Notes under the pieces: model-generated
Database searches by the model: none
What the model was told of the DNA's origin: nothing
What the model saw: the letters and a program-made list of their open reading frames with translations, nothing else
NCBI RefSeq assembly: GCF_006345805.1
Contig: NC_043001.1
Location: 126,914,001 to 126,978,000 of the forward strand
Direction of reading: 5' to 3'
DNA from: Octopus sinensis
Taxonomy: Eukaryota
Length of the DNA stretch: 64,000 nucleotides
Position numbers and translations under genes: made by a program
Part shown: positions 1-11,399 of the stretch, piece after piece
How the letters are laid out: each line of letters begins with the position of its first letter
How positions within the stretch are numbered: the stretch's first letter is position 1

Positions 1-231
1 TATAGAAATACACAGACACAGCTCGCCTCTCATCAAATCACACTCGCATTGATGGACAATAATGGTATCACACCTTTATATCTGGAAGTTGTATTCAAAC
101 ACTACGTCGTGGTGACTTTGGTGTTGTTCCTGGATTCAGTGAAATTCGATATCAAAAACTATGATAATATGACACCATTACTTGAAGCTGTGTTCGAGGA
201 TCACTTCGGAGTAATTCATAAGTTGATTTCA
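1..231 (+). CDS. Ankyrin-repeat coding fragment (exon or pseudogene), 5' end off-window
   Basis: Frame +1 is open from base 1: ...DNNGITPLYLEVVFKHYVVVTLVLFLDSVKFDIKNYDNMTPLLEAVFEDHFGVIHKLI. Two TPL...H..V motifs lie 34 aa apart, matching ANK periodicity. The ORF runs into (TA)n and has no clear splice donor. Confidence 0.55.
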
Positions 232-258
232 TATATATATATATATATATATATAAAT

Positions 259-694
259 ATATATATAAAAAATTAAAGATGGGAAATGCGCACACTTATA
301 TAATTCTTAATTTATCTTATATTGTGTTTGTCGACCGGTTTCGCTATCGCTAATTATGGCATTAAAATTTATATAAATAGTTATTGAGAAAAGTCTTTTT
401 GTCCATGTTGTGTGGAGTTTATGAATCTAAGGGGAGGTAATTGGTTGTCCACAATAATAACGATAACCAATTACCACTCCTTAGATTGTCCTACTTGCTG
501 AATCATTCATTTATAAACTCCCCACGCAACATGAAAAAAAATTGTTTTCTTAAGAAAATACGTATTCAAATAAACTTTAATGTCATGATTAGCGAAAGCG
601 AAACCGTCGATTAACACGATATAAAATATATAAAAAATTATGTTAAAACTATGTAAAGTGTGTGCATTTTCCTTCTTTAATTTCTTATATATAT
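259..694. mobile_element. Foldback/MITE-like element: whole element is an imperfect ~430 bp palindrome
   Basis: The left arm (aaagatgggaaatgcgcacac...gtcgaccggtttcgctatcgctaat...catgttgtgtggagtttat...ctaaggggaggtaattggttgtc) is mirrored by the right arm. Loop ~450-461; TA-rich flanks. Confidence 0.75.
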
Positions 695-959
695 TACAAC
701 TCACCACGTGGGGGTAATCGAAATTCAGTTCTTTTCAATTGTGTGGCCAGGAGCCCAGATCTTTCAACTTAACTAAATAATTTGAAACTTCGTATGCTGG
801 TACAGTGTTTCAAAACAAGACACAGGTTGGAACTAGTTTATTTGAGAAAAATCTATTTTATGACTTTAATCGTAGATTAAAACTGCGAATTTTAACCAAT
901 GAGATTGCTTGTTTTCATATTTAATACGTTACTGCATTTTGTTAGTGTGACGTAGAAAG

Positions 960-1405
960 ATACACACATAGACACACACACACACACATACATACACACA
1001 CATACATACATACATAGATACATACACACACACACACATACATACAGATACACATACACCGAGTATTCACTCGAAAAAACTAAACACTGAATCGGCAATA
1101 CATACATGTGTGACACACACACACACACACATAGATACACACACATACATAGATACATACACACACACACATACATACACACACATACATACATAGATAC
1201 ATACACACACACACACATACATACAGATACACATACACCGAGTATTCACTCGAAAAAACTAAACACTGAATCGGCCATACATACATACATACATACACAC
1301 ACATACATACACACACATACACACACACACACATACATAGATACATACACACATACATACATACATTCATACATACATTCATACATATACACATACACCG
1401 AGTAA
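960..1405. repeat. Compound minisatellite: 38-bp unique unit alternating with (CA)/(CATA) tracts
   Basis: ccgagtattcactcgaaaaaactaaacactgaatcgg at 1059 and 1238, partial third copy at 1398; periods 179 and 160. Confidence 0.85.
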
Positions 1406-1801
1406 AAAATTTCATCGTTATTGTTTTGTTTACATTTGTTTACATACCATATGTTTACTACGTCACCAAATTGGTGGTCGAGACGGAGTAAATAATATGA
1501 AGCCGAAAGACGGAATACCATTGGTTAAAATTCTAATTATTAAACAATGTTAAACTTAGAAGTTACAATTCCGTTTTCATTCTGGTTTGCAATTAAGTTT
1601 ACTTTTGACACATTCTACCAGTATACGAAGTTTCAAATTGTTTGGTTCAGTAGGAAACATTTTGAAAAACTGGCTTCACAAATGAAAAGATCCCGAAATT
1701 CTTCACTTTCTGTAACTATATATATATATGTCATGCATACGAGTGCGGCCATACTGGGGTACCGCCTCCAAGTTGTATACGTCTGCTTGTGTGTACGTGT
1801 G

Positions 1802-1839
<38 letters not shown>

Positions 1840-2562
1840 CAATTAAAAACAAACAGAGAGAAAGAAAAAAAACGACGTTTGGACGTGGCACAAACAATGT
1901 ATTAATGAGGCGCTCAGAGAAGGAAAATTTTACGTTTCGAGCATAGTTCTCCTTCGGAAACAGGAACAAACAGGGAAGTCCTAGACAAAGGAGGGAAAAA
2001 AAATCACGTGCGGTTATATTTGGGAAGTAAGTGACCGGAAGTAGGAATGAAGAAAAAATGCTTTCTGGAATAGTAAAGTGGAAAATGGTCAGTATACCAG
2101 TGTGCGCGTGCATGTGTGGTGGTTAGTGGTGTTTGCGTTAGCGTGTGTATGTATCGTAGCGTGTGTATGTATCGTAGCGTGTGTGCGTAGTGTGTTTATG
2201 TTTGTGTGCGTAGTCTGAGCGTGCGTGTGTGTGTGTGTGTGTGTGTGGTAAGGATCTGTGTGCGCGTGTGTGAGTGTGTATATGGTTGGGTATTAATGTC
2301 GCTCGGAGAGATCAGCAGCTATAGTGACAGGTGTGTGAATGGGTGTATGTGGCAGTGTGTGTTCGTGTTTGCGTGTGTGCGTACATGGAAGGGTCAATAG
2401 TGAGTCAGAGGTAATTAGAAGAGGGTGTGAGACTGGGTGTGTATGGCCGTAGAGGGGTGAGAAAGAGTGTGTATGGGTGCGTTGATGTAGCCAAGGGCTG
2501 GGTGTTATTGTGCAGGCGTGTGTTTGTGTGCATGTGTATATGCGTGTGTGTTTGTGCGTGCT

Positions 2563-2626
<64 letters not shown>

Positions 2627-3104
2627 CGTGTGTGCGTGCGCTGACGCGCGGATCTGTGGTGTGTGGTATTGGAATATAAAAAATAAGAAATAATACAAAT
2701 AAATAGTGAAAAATATAAATGATGAAAATGAAAAATTCAAATAATATATAATAAAATAACAAATAATGGAAAATGAAATATTAAAATTATTAATGATAAA
2801 AAAAGGGAAAAGGATTAAGTGAATAAATCAGAAATTCGGTAACAGAAATAGGATCAGTAATAAAAATTACAATTATAAAAAAATTACTTAAAAATTATAA
2901 AATTTTTTTTTAATTATGAAATTATAAAATTATTATTAAGATTTATTAAGAATTATTTTTAAATGTTATAAAAATGATAAAGAAAAATAAAGGAATAAAC
3001 AAATGAATATAAAAAGGGGGTAGTAAGATTGAGTAAAAAAGCTTTTTTGAAACGGGTTTGTGGGGAAAGTCACTGAGAGGAGGGGGTTGTGTTGAGTCCG
3101 GAAT

Positions 3105-4327
3105 TAGTTTGGGTACGTAGAGCGAAAATGCAAAGATTGCACCTGGTGTAGTAAATGACGCTTGAATAAGGGCACGAAGAGTTCCTAATGTAGAAGATGT
3201 GCTTGTTGGATCCAGGTGAGAGAAGTGGTGTGGGTGAGGAAAGGACAGGTGTGGCCACGGGGTCTGGAGTAAGGGAAAGAACCGGGTTGGGTTGGAATAG
3301 AGGGGTTAGCTATGGACCAGTGGGTCACGTAGGTTACGAGCGCGTTTGAAGGGCAAGGGTGGATTGGAGAAATAGGGAGGTGGTGGGATGTAGCTGGAGG
3401 CAACGGAAGGCCCGCAGGATCTTCCGACGAAGTGTTAGGGTGGATGAGTGGTAAAGGAAAGCAAAGTGAATGCGGTAGGGGGATCGGTGTGGGAAGGATT
3501 TGACGGGCGATCGATTTGACGGGCGCAGGTAAGGGCAGTTTGGACAAGGGTGGAAGAGTAACCGCGATGAATGACCAAGAGGGCCAGGTATTGGGAGTGT
3601 CTCGAAATCCTGGTCCCGGCTGCACAGGTGTCAGAGAAAGAGAAACTGGGAATATGGGATGACCCGCTTGATGTGGATAGGATGAGAGGAGGAAAAGTTA
3701 AGGTAGAGGTGTGAGTCCGTGGATTTAAAGAGGTGGATGTGGTGAGAGAGTGGAGAAAGAGATATCGAGGGAGTTTATGGAAATATCAGAGATAGTAGAG
3801 GTGAATTGGAGAGAAGGGTGGAAGTTAGAAACGAAAGAGATGAAATAGGAGAGCTGTTCGCGGGAGAGGGAGGTCTATATAGTCGTCTATATAGCAACTG
3901 TATAACTCTGGGGTCGGTTCGGGGAACTGTGAGAAGATTTGGGTCTCAATGTTACCAACAAATAAGTTGGCAAAATTGGGGCCATTCTCTTTCTCATAGT
4001 GGCACCAGATCTCCTGGCAAATCTTTCCTGTTAGTAAAGCAGTTGATTGTGAGGACAAATTCTACAAGGTGGAGAAGGATGGAGGTGCTGGGTGGGGAGT
4101 CGTGTTGTTGGTCAAGAAACTATTGGAGGGCTAGGAAGCCGTTGTTGTGGGGATCACAATGTACAAGGATTTATGTCCATAGTGAAAAGGAGGCGTGAAG
4201 GGCCGGGAGGGAAGGAGAAGGAATTGAAGAGGCGAAGCGCATGGTTAGTGCCATGGATATGAGACGGGAGGGTGGCGATAAGAGGGGAAAGAATGAGGTC
4301 GAGATATTTGGAGATGAGTTCTGTGAC
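3105..4327 (-). mobile_element. Penelope-like element, decayed RT plus start of GIY-YIG endonuclease
   Basis: Minus frames give TELISKYLDLILSPLIATLPSHIHGTNHALRLFNSFSF...LFTMDI, GPNFANLFVG...LY.CYIDD, PGSFP.SRPR.HTCPF and SSVIYYTRCNLC..LYV. Frameshifted. Confidence 0.85.
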
Positions 4328-4760
4328 ATTTTTCTATGGATGGTTAATAGCCACCTCCACTACCATTCTGTTATTGAACGTTGATACGTTCGTATCTTTT
4401 TTCTCTGGATGCTTACTATATCAGGATTTTAACACACATGGATCTACGCAGGATTGCAGCTAAGAACTAACGTTCTTGTTTCTACTGCATCGGAAAGTTG
4501 AGCTATGAACGTTTATGCTTAATTTTTCTTCTTTCTTTCCATCTCCTTATCCTTTTACTCCCTTCCTCCTTATCGTCATCTCATTAATATATACCATTCT
4601 CATTTTCCCTATTTCCCCCTATTTGTCTCTGATGATGGAATATCCATACTCGAGGAAACAGCTGTAAGACTTTGAATTTTTTTCTAATAATAATATTGTA
4701 TACGACATGAGATGTTTGCCTTGCCTTAATGTTTGTTGTCCTCTTTAACAATTATATATC
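4328..4760 (+). mobile_element. PLE 3' end (decayed GIY-YIG C-terminus, pyrimidine-rich UTR, terminal repeat), inverted relative to the adjacent RT piece
   Basis: Decayed LTISG...GSTQD...FY.IG.LS..ER-like coding, then a CT-rich UTR and a hammerhead motif at 4625. Confidence 0.55.
4625..4670 (+). ncRNA. Minimal type I hammerhead ribozyme motif, helix II decayed
   Basis: GTCT-CTGATGA-(19 nt)-GAAAC-AGCT-GTA-AGAC. Helix I GTCT/AGAC, palindromic helix III, GUA triplet; helix II pairs poorly next to GAAA. Confidence 0.7.
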
Positions 4761-5085
4761 CACTGCATCGGAAATCTGCAAAGGCTCCATAACTACCGCC
4801 TCGGCTATAAACCTTGGAGACCTAGTAATCCGTTACAGCATTTACTTAGCGTACTTAATCGTTTAGATCACCTGTGAACTAAACCCCCGCATACTTTGTA
4901 CATATACATACACACACACACATATATGTACTATGTATGTATGTGTGTGTATGTGTGTGTGATAGAAATAGTAAAACAACAAAAGAATGAAAGAGACCCC
5001 GATATTATGTAAATACAGGAATTTTTCTGTAAATGTAATATGTGACAATTATTCGGTAGCCATGATAAAATTTATATATTTTCTG

Positions 5086-5125
<40 letters not shown>

Positions 5126-5128
5126 ATC

Positions 5129-5165
<37 letters not shown>

Positions 5166-5285
5166 ATGTATGTATATATATATGAAGGTGTGAGCTTTGA
5201 GAGTGCTCATTCATATTTCTATAAATATGTACGTGTGTGTATATATATATACGTGTATGCGTGAATGTGTAGGTATATATATACA

Positions 5286-5322
<37 letters not shown>

Positions 5323-5705
5323 GAGTGTGTGTGTATGTGTGTGTGTACCTCGAAGACATTAACTTTATTAGGTAGTCTCTATATTTTAAATGATATTTTA
5401 CATTTATTTTAATGAAAAGCTATATTTTCGGCTCCAAATATTGCTTTAACAGCGTTTGTAATTATATACTTGTGGGTTAACTGAACATGTCGCTAGTATA
5501 TCTAATCTGGATAAAATAGACTCTAATTTTAATCAGAACCGGTAAAGAACGCGACTAATTCAACAGTAAATAGCTCCTGCATGATTATAGAAGCACGTTT
5601 CGGTGACCCGGTTTTATTTTTAAATATTTTGGTATAACTATACTTCGATGTATCTTTCTGTTCTGGTGAACTCCACACACTTATACATACATACATACAT
5701 ACATA

Positions 5706-5922
5706 CTTTTATTCTTTTACTTGTTGCAGTCATCTGACTGCGGCCATGCTGAAGCATCACCTTGAAGGATTTTAGTTGAACAATTTGACCCCAGGACTTA
5801 TTTTATAGTTTGATATTTCTTCTATCGGTGTCTTTTGCAAAACCGCTAAGTTACGGAGATGTAAACACACCAACACCGGTTGTCAAGCAGTGATGGGGTG
5901 GGGGGGACAAACATGGCACAAA
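5706..5922 (-). mobile_element. SINE family A, 3' half
   Basis: Reverse complement of the 3' half of the full copy at 56979-57442. Confidence 0.8.
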
Positions 5923-5989
5923 AACACACATGCATAGATTTATACACACACACACACACACGCGCAAACACACACATATACATATAAAT

Positions 5990-6500
5990 TAATCAAAGGA
6001 CATACTAAGTATGTCTACCTGCTGGAAATAACAGTCAAACTTTTATTTAAATCGCCAAAATACACTGATAATAACTACAAAAATCAACTGTCCACAGAAA
6101 AACGGGCTAAGAGAATTTCTCAGCATATACACAAGTATTTGGACTCACGTGGGCCGGTTTCTGAATTGGCATAATAGCCTCACCTCCTCAGCACGCGTTA
6201 CCGTGATAAAGAGCCCCAACCCCTCTAGTTGAAGTCTGCACTGCTACTGATTCGCTTTGCACCGAAATCGTGGCAACCACAAGTGTGAAAATAATTTCAA
6301 TACGGGGCAAATAATTCTGGAGAAAAATAATTCACGAAAAAATAATTTGCGAAGATATCATTGACTCTACTATTATCTAGTGTAACAATTTAAAAATGAT
6401 AATTACAGAATCAATACGGAGCTAAACGAATCAGTTACAGCGCAAAATCATGGTAACGCCCGCTGAGGAAGGTGAGGCTATTATTGTCTTAGCTCCGTAT
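5990..6500. mobile_element. PLE terminus: inverted terminal-repeat piece (minus) joined to a plus-strand 3' end
   Basis: ggtaacgc..gctgagga(a)ggtgaggctattat occurs on minus at ~6172-6203 and on plus at 6452-6485. Decayed ..LKMIITESI..NQ coding resembles a GIY-YIG C-terminus. Confidence 0.55.
6146..6197 (-). ncRNA. Degenerate minimal hammerhead motif (U16.1 changed to C)
   Basis: CGCGTG-CTGAGGA-GGTGAGGCTATTATGCCAATTCA-GAAAC-CG-GCC-CACGTG. Helix I is 6 bp including one G.U pair. Confidence 0.55.
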
Positions 6501-6526
6501 TGAAATTATATATATATATATATACG

Positions 6527-6660
6527 ACGGGTTTATTTCAGTTTCCTTCTGCAAAATCCACTCACGAGGCTTTAGTCGGCCCGAGACTATAGTAGCAGAC
6601 ACCTGGGCAGAGGTACTGAACCTGCATCCATGTGGTTAGGAAGCAAGCTCCTTACCACAC
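6527..6660 (-). mobile_element. SINE family A, 5' part
   Basis: Reverse complement of the tRNA-like head and the following segment. Confidence 0.7.
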
Positions 6661-7511
6661 AATGTGTGTATGCGTCTGTGTGTGTGTGAGAGAGAGAGGG
6701 GGGGGGGGGAGAGTGAGTGAGAGAGAAACAAAAGGTCCATTGTCAAGTAGTTATAATGTTGCAATCATGATCGTAAGATCACTGCTTCGTGGTTTTGAAT
6801 TCCTTCAGCGGCGATGCGTTGTGTTATTCAAAACATTTCATTTCACTTTAGACCAGTCCACTTGCATTTCGGTATCTCACCATTAGCATTCATTACCAAC
6901 AAGCATTCACGCCAGAGAAACACACCAAACTGCACACAAGTGATTGTGTAATGCACCTACAGGAGCGCATACACACACACATCAACGCGCAATTCTAACG
7001 TACTCATACAATGAATATTACTACTCCCATCTTTTCTTTTCTCTCTATTTCTCTCCTCTCTCTCCTCCCCTCTCTCTCACTGTTTGATGCACACACTTCA
7101 CTGTACTTCTTGAAAGATAAATATTTGCTCTCACACATACATACATGCACGCACGCATACAAGATATGCATGCTTGCTGAAAAGCCCGTACGAATTTGGG
7201 CATACATTCTCTGCCACCACCTCTCAAAAATCATCAAATTACGAAATTGTAATAATTGGGAATGCCTGCGTCTTTTGTCTCTTTACTTTAGAATGTATCC
7301 CAACTTATAAGAATGCCTTCATATGCATGCGTAAGATTTTCGAAAGTACGATTTCAAACTTTGTTACACAAACAATTAAATTCAAGATGATTGTTAAATA
7401 ACGTCACTTTCTAACAGACACATTATTATAGCATCACATAAAGCCCTACGGCAGCAGTTAATTACAACACCCACATCTGCGATGATTTTGCTGCTACATA
7501 CAGATGCGAAT

Positions 7512-7808
7512 GCGCGTGGTTTAGTTGTTATGGTATCAGGTCAACGATCATGAGGTTATGAGCTCGACACCCGGTAGTATGTTGTGTGCTTTAGCCAGGC
7601 ACTTTATTTCCACTCTGCTAAGAAAATGAGTAGGACCTGTATTTCAAAGGGCCAGTCTAGTCACATTGTGTGTCACGCTGAATCTCCCTAAGAACTACGT
7701 TAAGTGTACGCGTTTGTGGTGTGCTCAGCTACTTACAGGTTAATTTCACGAGCAGGCTGTTCCGTTGATCGGATCAGCTGGAACACTAGTCGTTGTAATC
7801 AACGGACT
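7512..7808 (+). mobile_element. SINE family C (tRNA-derived)
   Basis: A/B-box-like head. The body tgtatttcaaagggcc...gtgctcagc.actt.cacgttaatttcacgagcaggctgttccgttgat is shared with 33528-33866. Confidence 0.8.
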
Positions 7809-8294
7809 GACAGTCACATACAGACACATACTGGATTGCACTCAAAAGCGATTGTTTGGTATGAAATAGCCTCCAAAAATAATCCTAACTCTGACCCAGA
7901 AATATGGTGTCTTCTCGTTGTTGTTTTTACTCCTACTCTAATTTCATCTGTTCCTTCAAACTTACTGGTTTCGTGTCACCTCCACTTAGACACTCACACC
8001 TCGTCTCACTTCCTTCGGTCACCCATTTTGTGTCTTATTTCATAAGGCCCGTTGTAACCATTACATACAGTCCCTTCTTCCCCAAAACATCGACCATTTA
8101 GAATTCTCTCTCTGAACATTTTTTTTCTTTCTGCAGGTGTCGAAGCGTCTGTGAATGTTATTGACACAGCTTCTCACCTCAATCGAAGTTAATGTAAATG
8201 AAAATTTTTAAAAGTACAATTTGGCAGTAAAAAGCCTCTGAAAACATACCGGAAAATTTCACAAAAGTTTAGTTAGGACTTTTGTTTTTCTTAC

Positions 8295-8463
8295 CACCCA
8301 AACATTTATTTTGTTTTGCAAGTGTTGATTTGCAACGTTTTAAATGGAACATTGACAGCATCTGTCTAATTGACTTTGGAAGGCCTGTGTAGGCCACTGG
8401 CTCAGCTATTTCGTAAACATTCACTGATTGATTCACATTCTCACTAATTATATTGTTCACCAG
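8295..8463 (-). CDS. Candidate internal exon of an unidentified gene
   Basis: ctctag acceptor downstream of a T-rich tract, open frame LVNNIISENV...KCLG, strong G|GTAAGA donor at 8294. No recognisable homology. Confidence 0.3.
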
Positions 8464-8639
8464 CTAGAGATGACACGCACTAAAAAATAAAATAGAGCAA
8501 AACTAAATACAAATAAAACATCAGACCCTTGGATATACACAAAAATGACAGCAAAAAACTGTCAATTCTAAAAGCGATTCTCTAGCATCTTTCCGGTTAT
8601 AATGACTGAATCAAACTAATGGACATACGTACATGCATA

Positions 8640-11266
8640 GGAGTGGGTGAGCGGTAAGAAGCTTGCTTTCCCACTGCGCATGTCAGTGTTTTTCTTTGCA
8701 CTGAAAGAACTGGCCACGCTGGTTTGCAGCGTGGTGAATTTAGTGAAGCTCAACTGCAAGGTAAGACTTTTGTTTTTTGGGCCCAGTGGTGGTTTGTTTT
8801 TTGCTGTATTATTTTTTGTACAAACAAGAAATCCTCACTGGATTCTGAACACTGGTCTGCCTACAGTTGGGCAAAATTGTTCACTTTTAAGTGAATTGTT
8901 TTGATGGGCGGATCCTCTGCGCCATAAACTGGATTTTTTGCTGCTGTGAATAAATTTTCTTCGTTGTATAATTACCATTTAATGGTAAATAATTTTTTGA
9001 TCCTGCTACTGTGTTCCCGACTCGACTGGAATACATTTTTTTTGGAAAATACAAGGGCCAGTAATACCGGTTGGTTGGCCGGAATTTAATTGTTTGAAGA
9101 AGCAGTTGCAATGATTTGAACTAGCACAGTATAAAGAGCTGTCGTCGTGCTGAACTGTTTTTTCCATTTCTTATCTTTTCTGTCTTTATGTTTTCTCTCT
9201 TGTCATCTTTCTGTTTTTAGATTATATTTTTTGATTCTTTACCTTTCATAATTTTTGTTGAACTATTAAGAGAACTTTTAAACAAAGCATGGCGAAAAAA
9301 ATGTCTTGGAGTGGGAGCTTATCCCATTCAAAGAATGGATTAAACAGCAAGAGGAGAAGACGGTGGTGTTGAGAACATATTCGAAGGTTCTCGATGCCAT
9401 TGCCGTGTTCTCCAAAGACGTAATAGAAGAAGAGTTGAAGGACTATCTACCAAATGTGATATTTATTGCACGGGGTGTCGGATAGGCAACGATTTGGTTG
9501 CTTTTTGACACTCCGGAGGAGGCTCGCATTTTTGCGAGTCAGCCCCTAGAGGGCAATTAAATTTTGTTTCTTCCCACGTATTGTGGGAGGAAACTGACAT
9601 GGGTTTGGGTTTGCGGTTTGCCAACGAATTTAAATCCAGGTTGGATAGAGGACACCATCCGCCGGCGTTTGGGTGGCAGTGGCACCAAGCTCCTCAATGT
9701 TAAATTATTATCAGTGGCTGATTGGGTCGGGTCAAATGCTATTTTGACCCTGTAGACCCAATCAATAAAGGAGTTAGTCTTTCCAGACTGTTTAACTATG
9801 GCAGGGAGCAGGTACCCGGGGATTTTTTAGCCCCCCCCCCAGGTGTTACCGGTGTCTGGAACTTGGCCATACAAAAAAGAACTGCCCCCAGGACCGAAGC
9901 AAGGTCCTGGAGCAGTTGGTTGAGACCTCGGTAAAAGAGGGAACGGAGGCGGAAGACTCCTCAATGAAGGGCCGCAAGAGGAAGGTGAGCAATAATGGGT
10001 ACCCACCGGAGAATTCTAGGAATGGGGGAGGGGAGGTGGATCCCCCGGTCACGGAGGAAACACACCCTTCCCCAGTTAAGAGGAAAAAAGAGGAAGAAAA
10101 CGAGAAACGAGACATTGCCGGCAGTTGGTAACAAATTACCGGAATGTCCTGGATCTTCGTCGGTAGGAATTGTGCCATCGACGGGTGAAGAGCCATCGTC
10201 GGTGGGAATTGTGCCACCGATGATGGAAGTGACTACCTCGTCCCCTGAAGAAGAAGAGTTAGTTGTCTTCTTCTACAGGGGTGGAGAGGGGGAGAAGGTA
10301 TTGAAGCACACTGAGGGAGCAATTATAACCTGCACACGGGATTCCGAATGGCGTCCGCAGATAGCTGTGGAGGTCATAACGTTGCCCGTGTTGCAAAGGC
10401 TGAAGAAGCTCAATGGGGAATATCGCTTGTGGCCGGGCGGCCCCGACACGTCACCTGCCTTGTGCTTGAGTGAGGCGTGGGTAATGGCGGGGTACGGGGT
10501 CGCAAGCGCTACTGAAGAGGACTATGGGTAAGGGGTTCGAAAGCCTCTATATTGTGAACTGATAAGAGGTTTGAAACCTCATTCTGTTTTTAACCAAGAT
10601 ACGAGGCGTAGTGCCTCATTTTTGTGTCTTAATGAACAATTATGAACAATTTTAAGAGGTTTATTGCCTCATGATTGATAAATAAGAGAACAGTGTTTTC
10701 CAGAAACAACAATCGGCGGGCGTTGTTTTTTCCGCCCATTAATCATCATTTTCACTTTTCATCTCGTATAACATTATGTCTGTGTCCAGCCCGCAGCTTC
10801 TTTTTTCTCCATATAAAGCCATTATAGCCAATTTAATGTAATAAAGAAAAAAGAAGCTTGCTTCCCTACCACATCGTTCCGGGTTCAATCTCACTGCGTG
10901 GCACCTTGGACAAGTATCTTATACTGTTGCCTCGAGCCAACCAAAGCATTGTGAGTGGATTTGGTAGACGGAAACTGAAAGAAGCCAGTCGTTTATATAT
11001 GTATGTATTTGTGTGTTTGTCTGTGATTGAATAATAAATTTCTGGAAAGGTTTACAGATTTTTACAGTTCCAGTGATGTGACCCCCCTCCCCCGCACCAT
11101 CGCTTGACAACTGATGTTGGTGTGTTTACGAACCCATAACTTAGCAGGACCGATAGAATAAGTACTAGGCGTACAAAGAATAAGTCCTGAGTCGATTTGT
11201 TCGGCTAAAGGCGGTGCTGCAGCATGGCTGCAGTCAAATGACTGAAATAAGTAAAACCATAAAAGA
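8640..11266 (+). mobile_element. SINE family A copy split by a 2.18 kb insertion
   Basis: Head 8640-8672, remainder 10851-11266; aagaagcttgctt(t)ccc is duplicated at the junctions. Confidence 0.8.
8673..10850 (+). mobile_element. Full-length ORF1-only non-LTR retroelement (Tx1/L1-derived, HAL1-like), decayed
   Basis: TSD at 8656-8672 and 10851-10866. ~615 nt 5' UTR, then ORF1 ~9289-10531 with stops and frameshifts, the FLPTYCGRK motif and CYRCLELGHTKKNC at 9844-9885. 3' UTR ~315 nt ending gtaataaagaaaa; no room for ORF2. Confidence 0.8.
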
Positions 11267-11399
11267 ATATATATACACTTAGATACATTCATACATACAT
11301 ACATACATACATACATACATACATACATACATACATACATACATACATACATACATACATGCATGCATGCAAACGTACAGACAGACAGATAGACAGAGA

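Noticed and set aside
1059-1405. CRISPR-like repeat-spacer pattern
   Set aside because: Only 2.3 units, spacers are microsatellites, no cas genes, eukaryotic context.
10507-10556. CTGAAGA-GGAC...GTTC-GAAAG-CCT-CTA hammerhead-like string at the ORF1 stop
   Set aside because: Helix I has only 2 contiguous bp, helix III is not palindromic, and it overlaps a competing hairpin. Worth rechecking in the family consensus.
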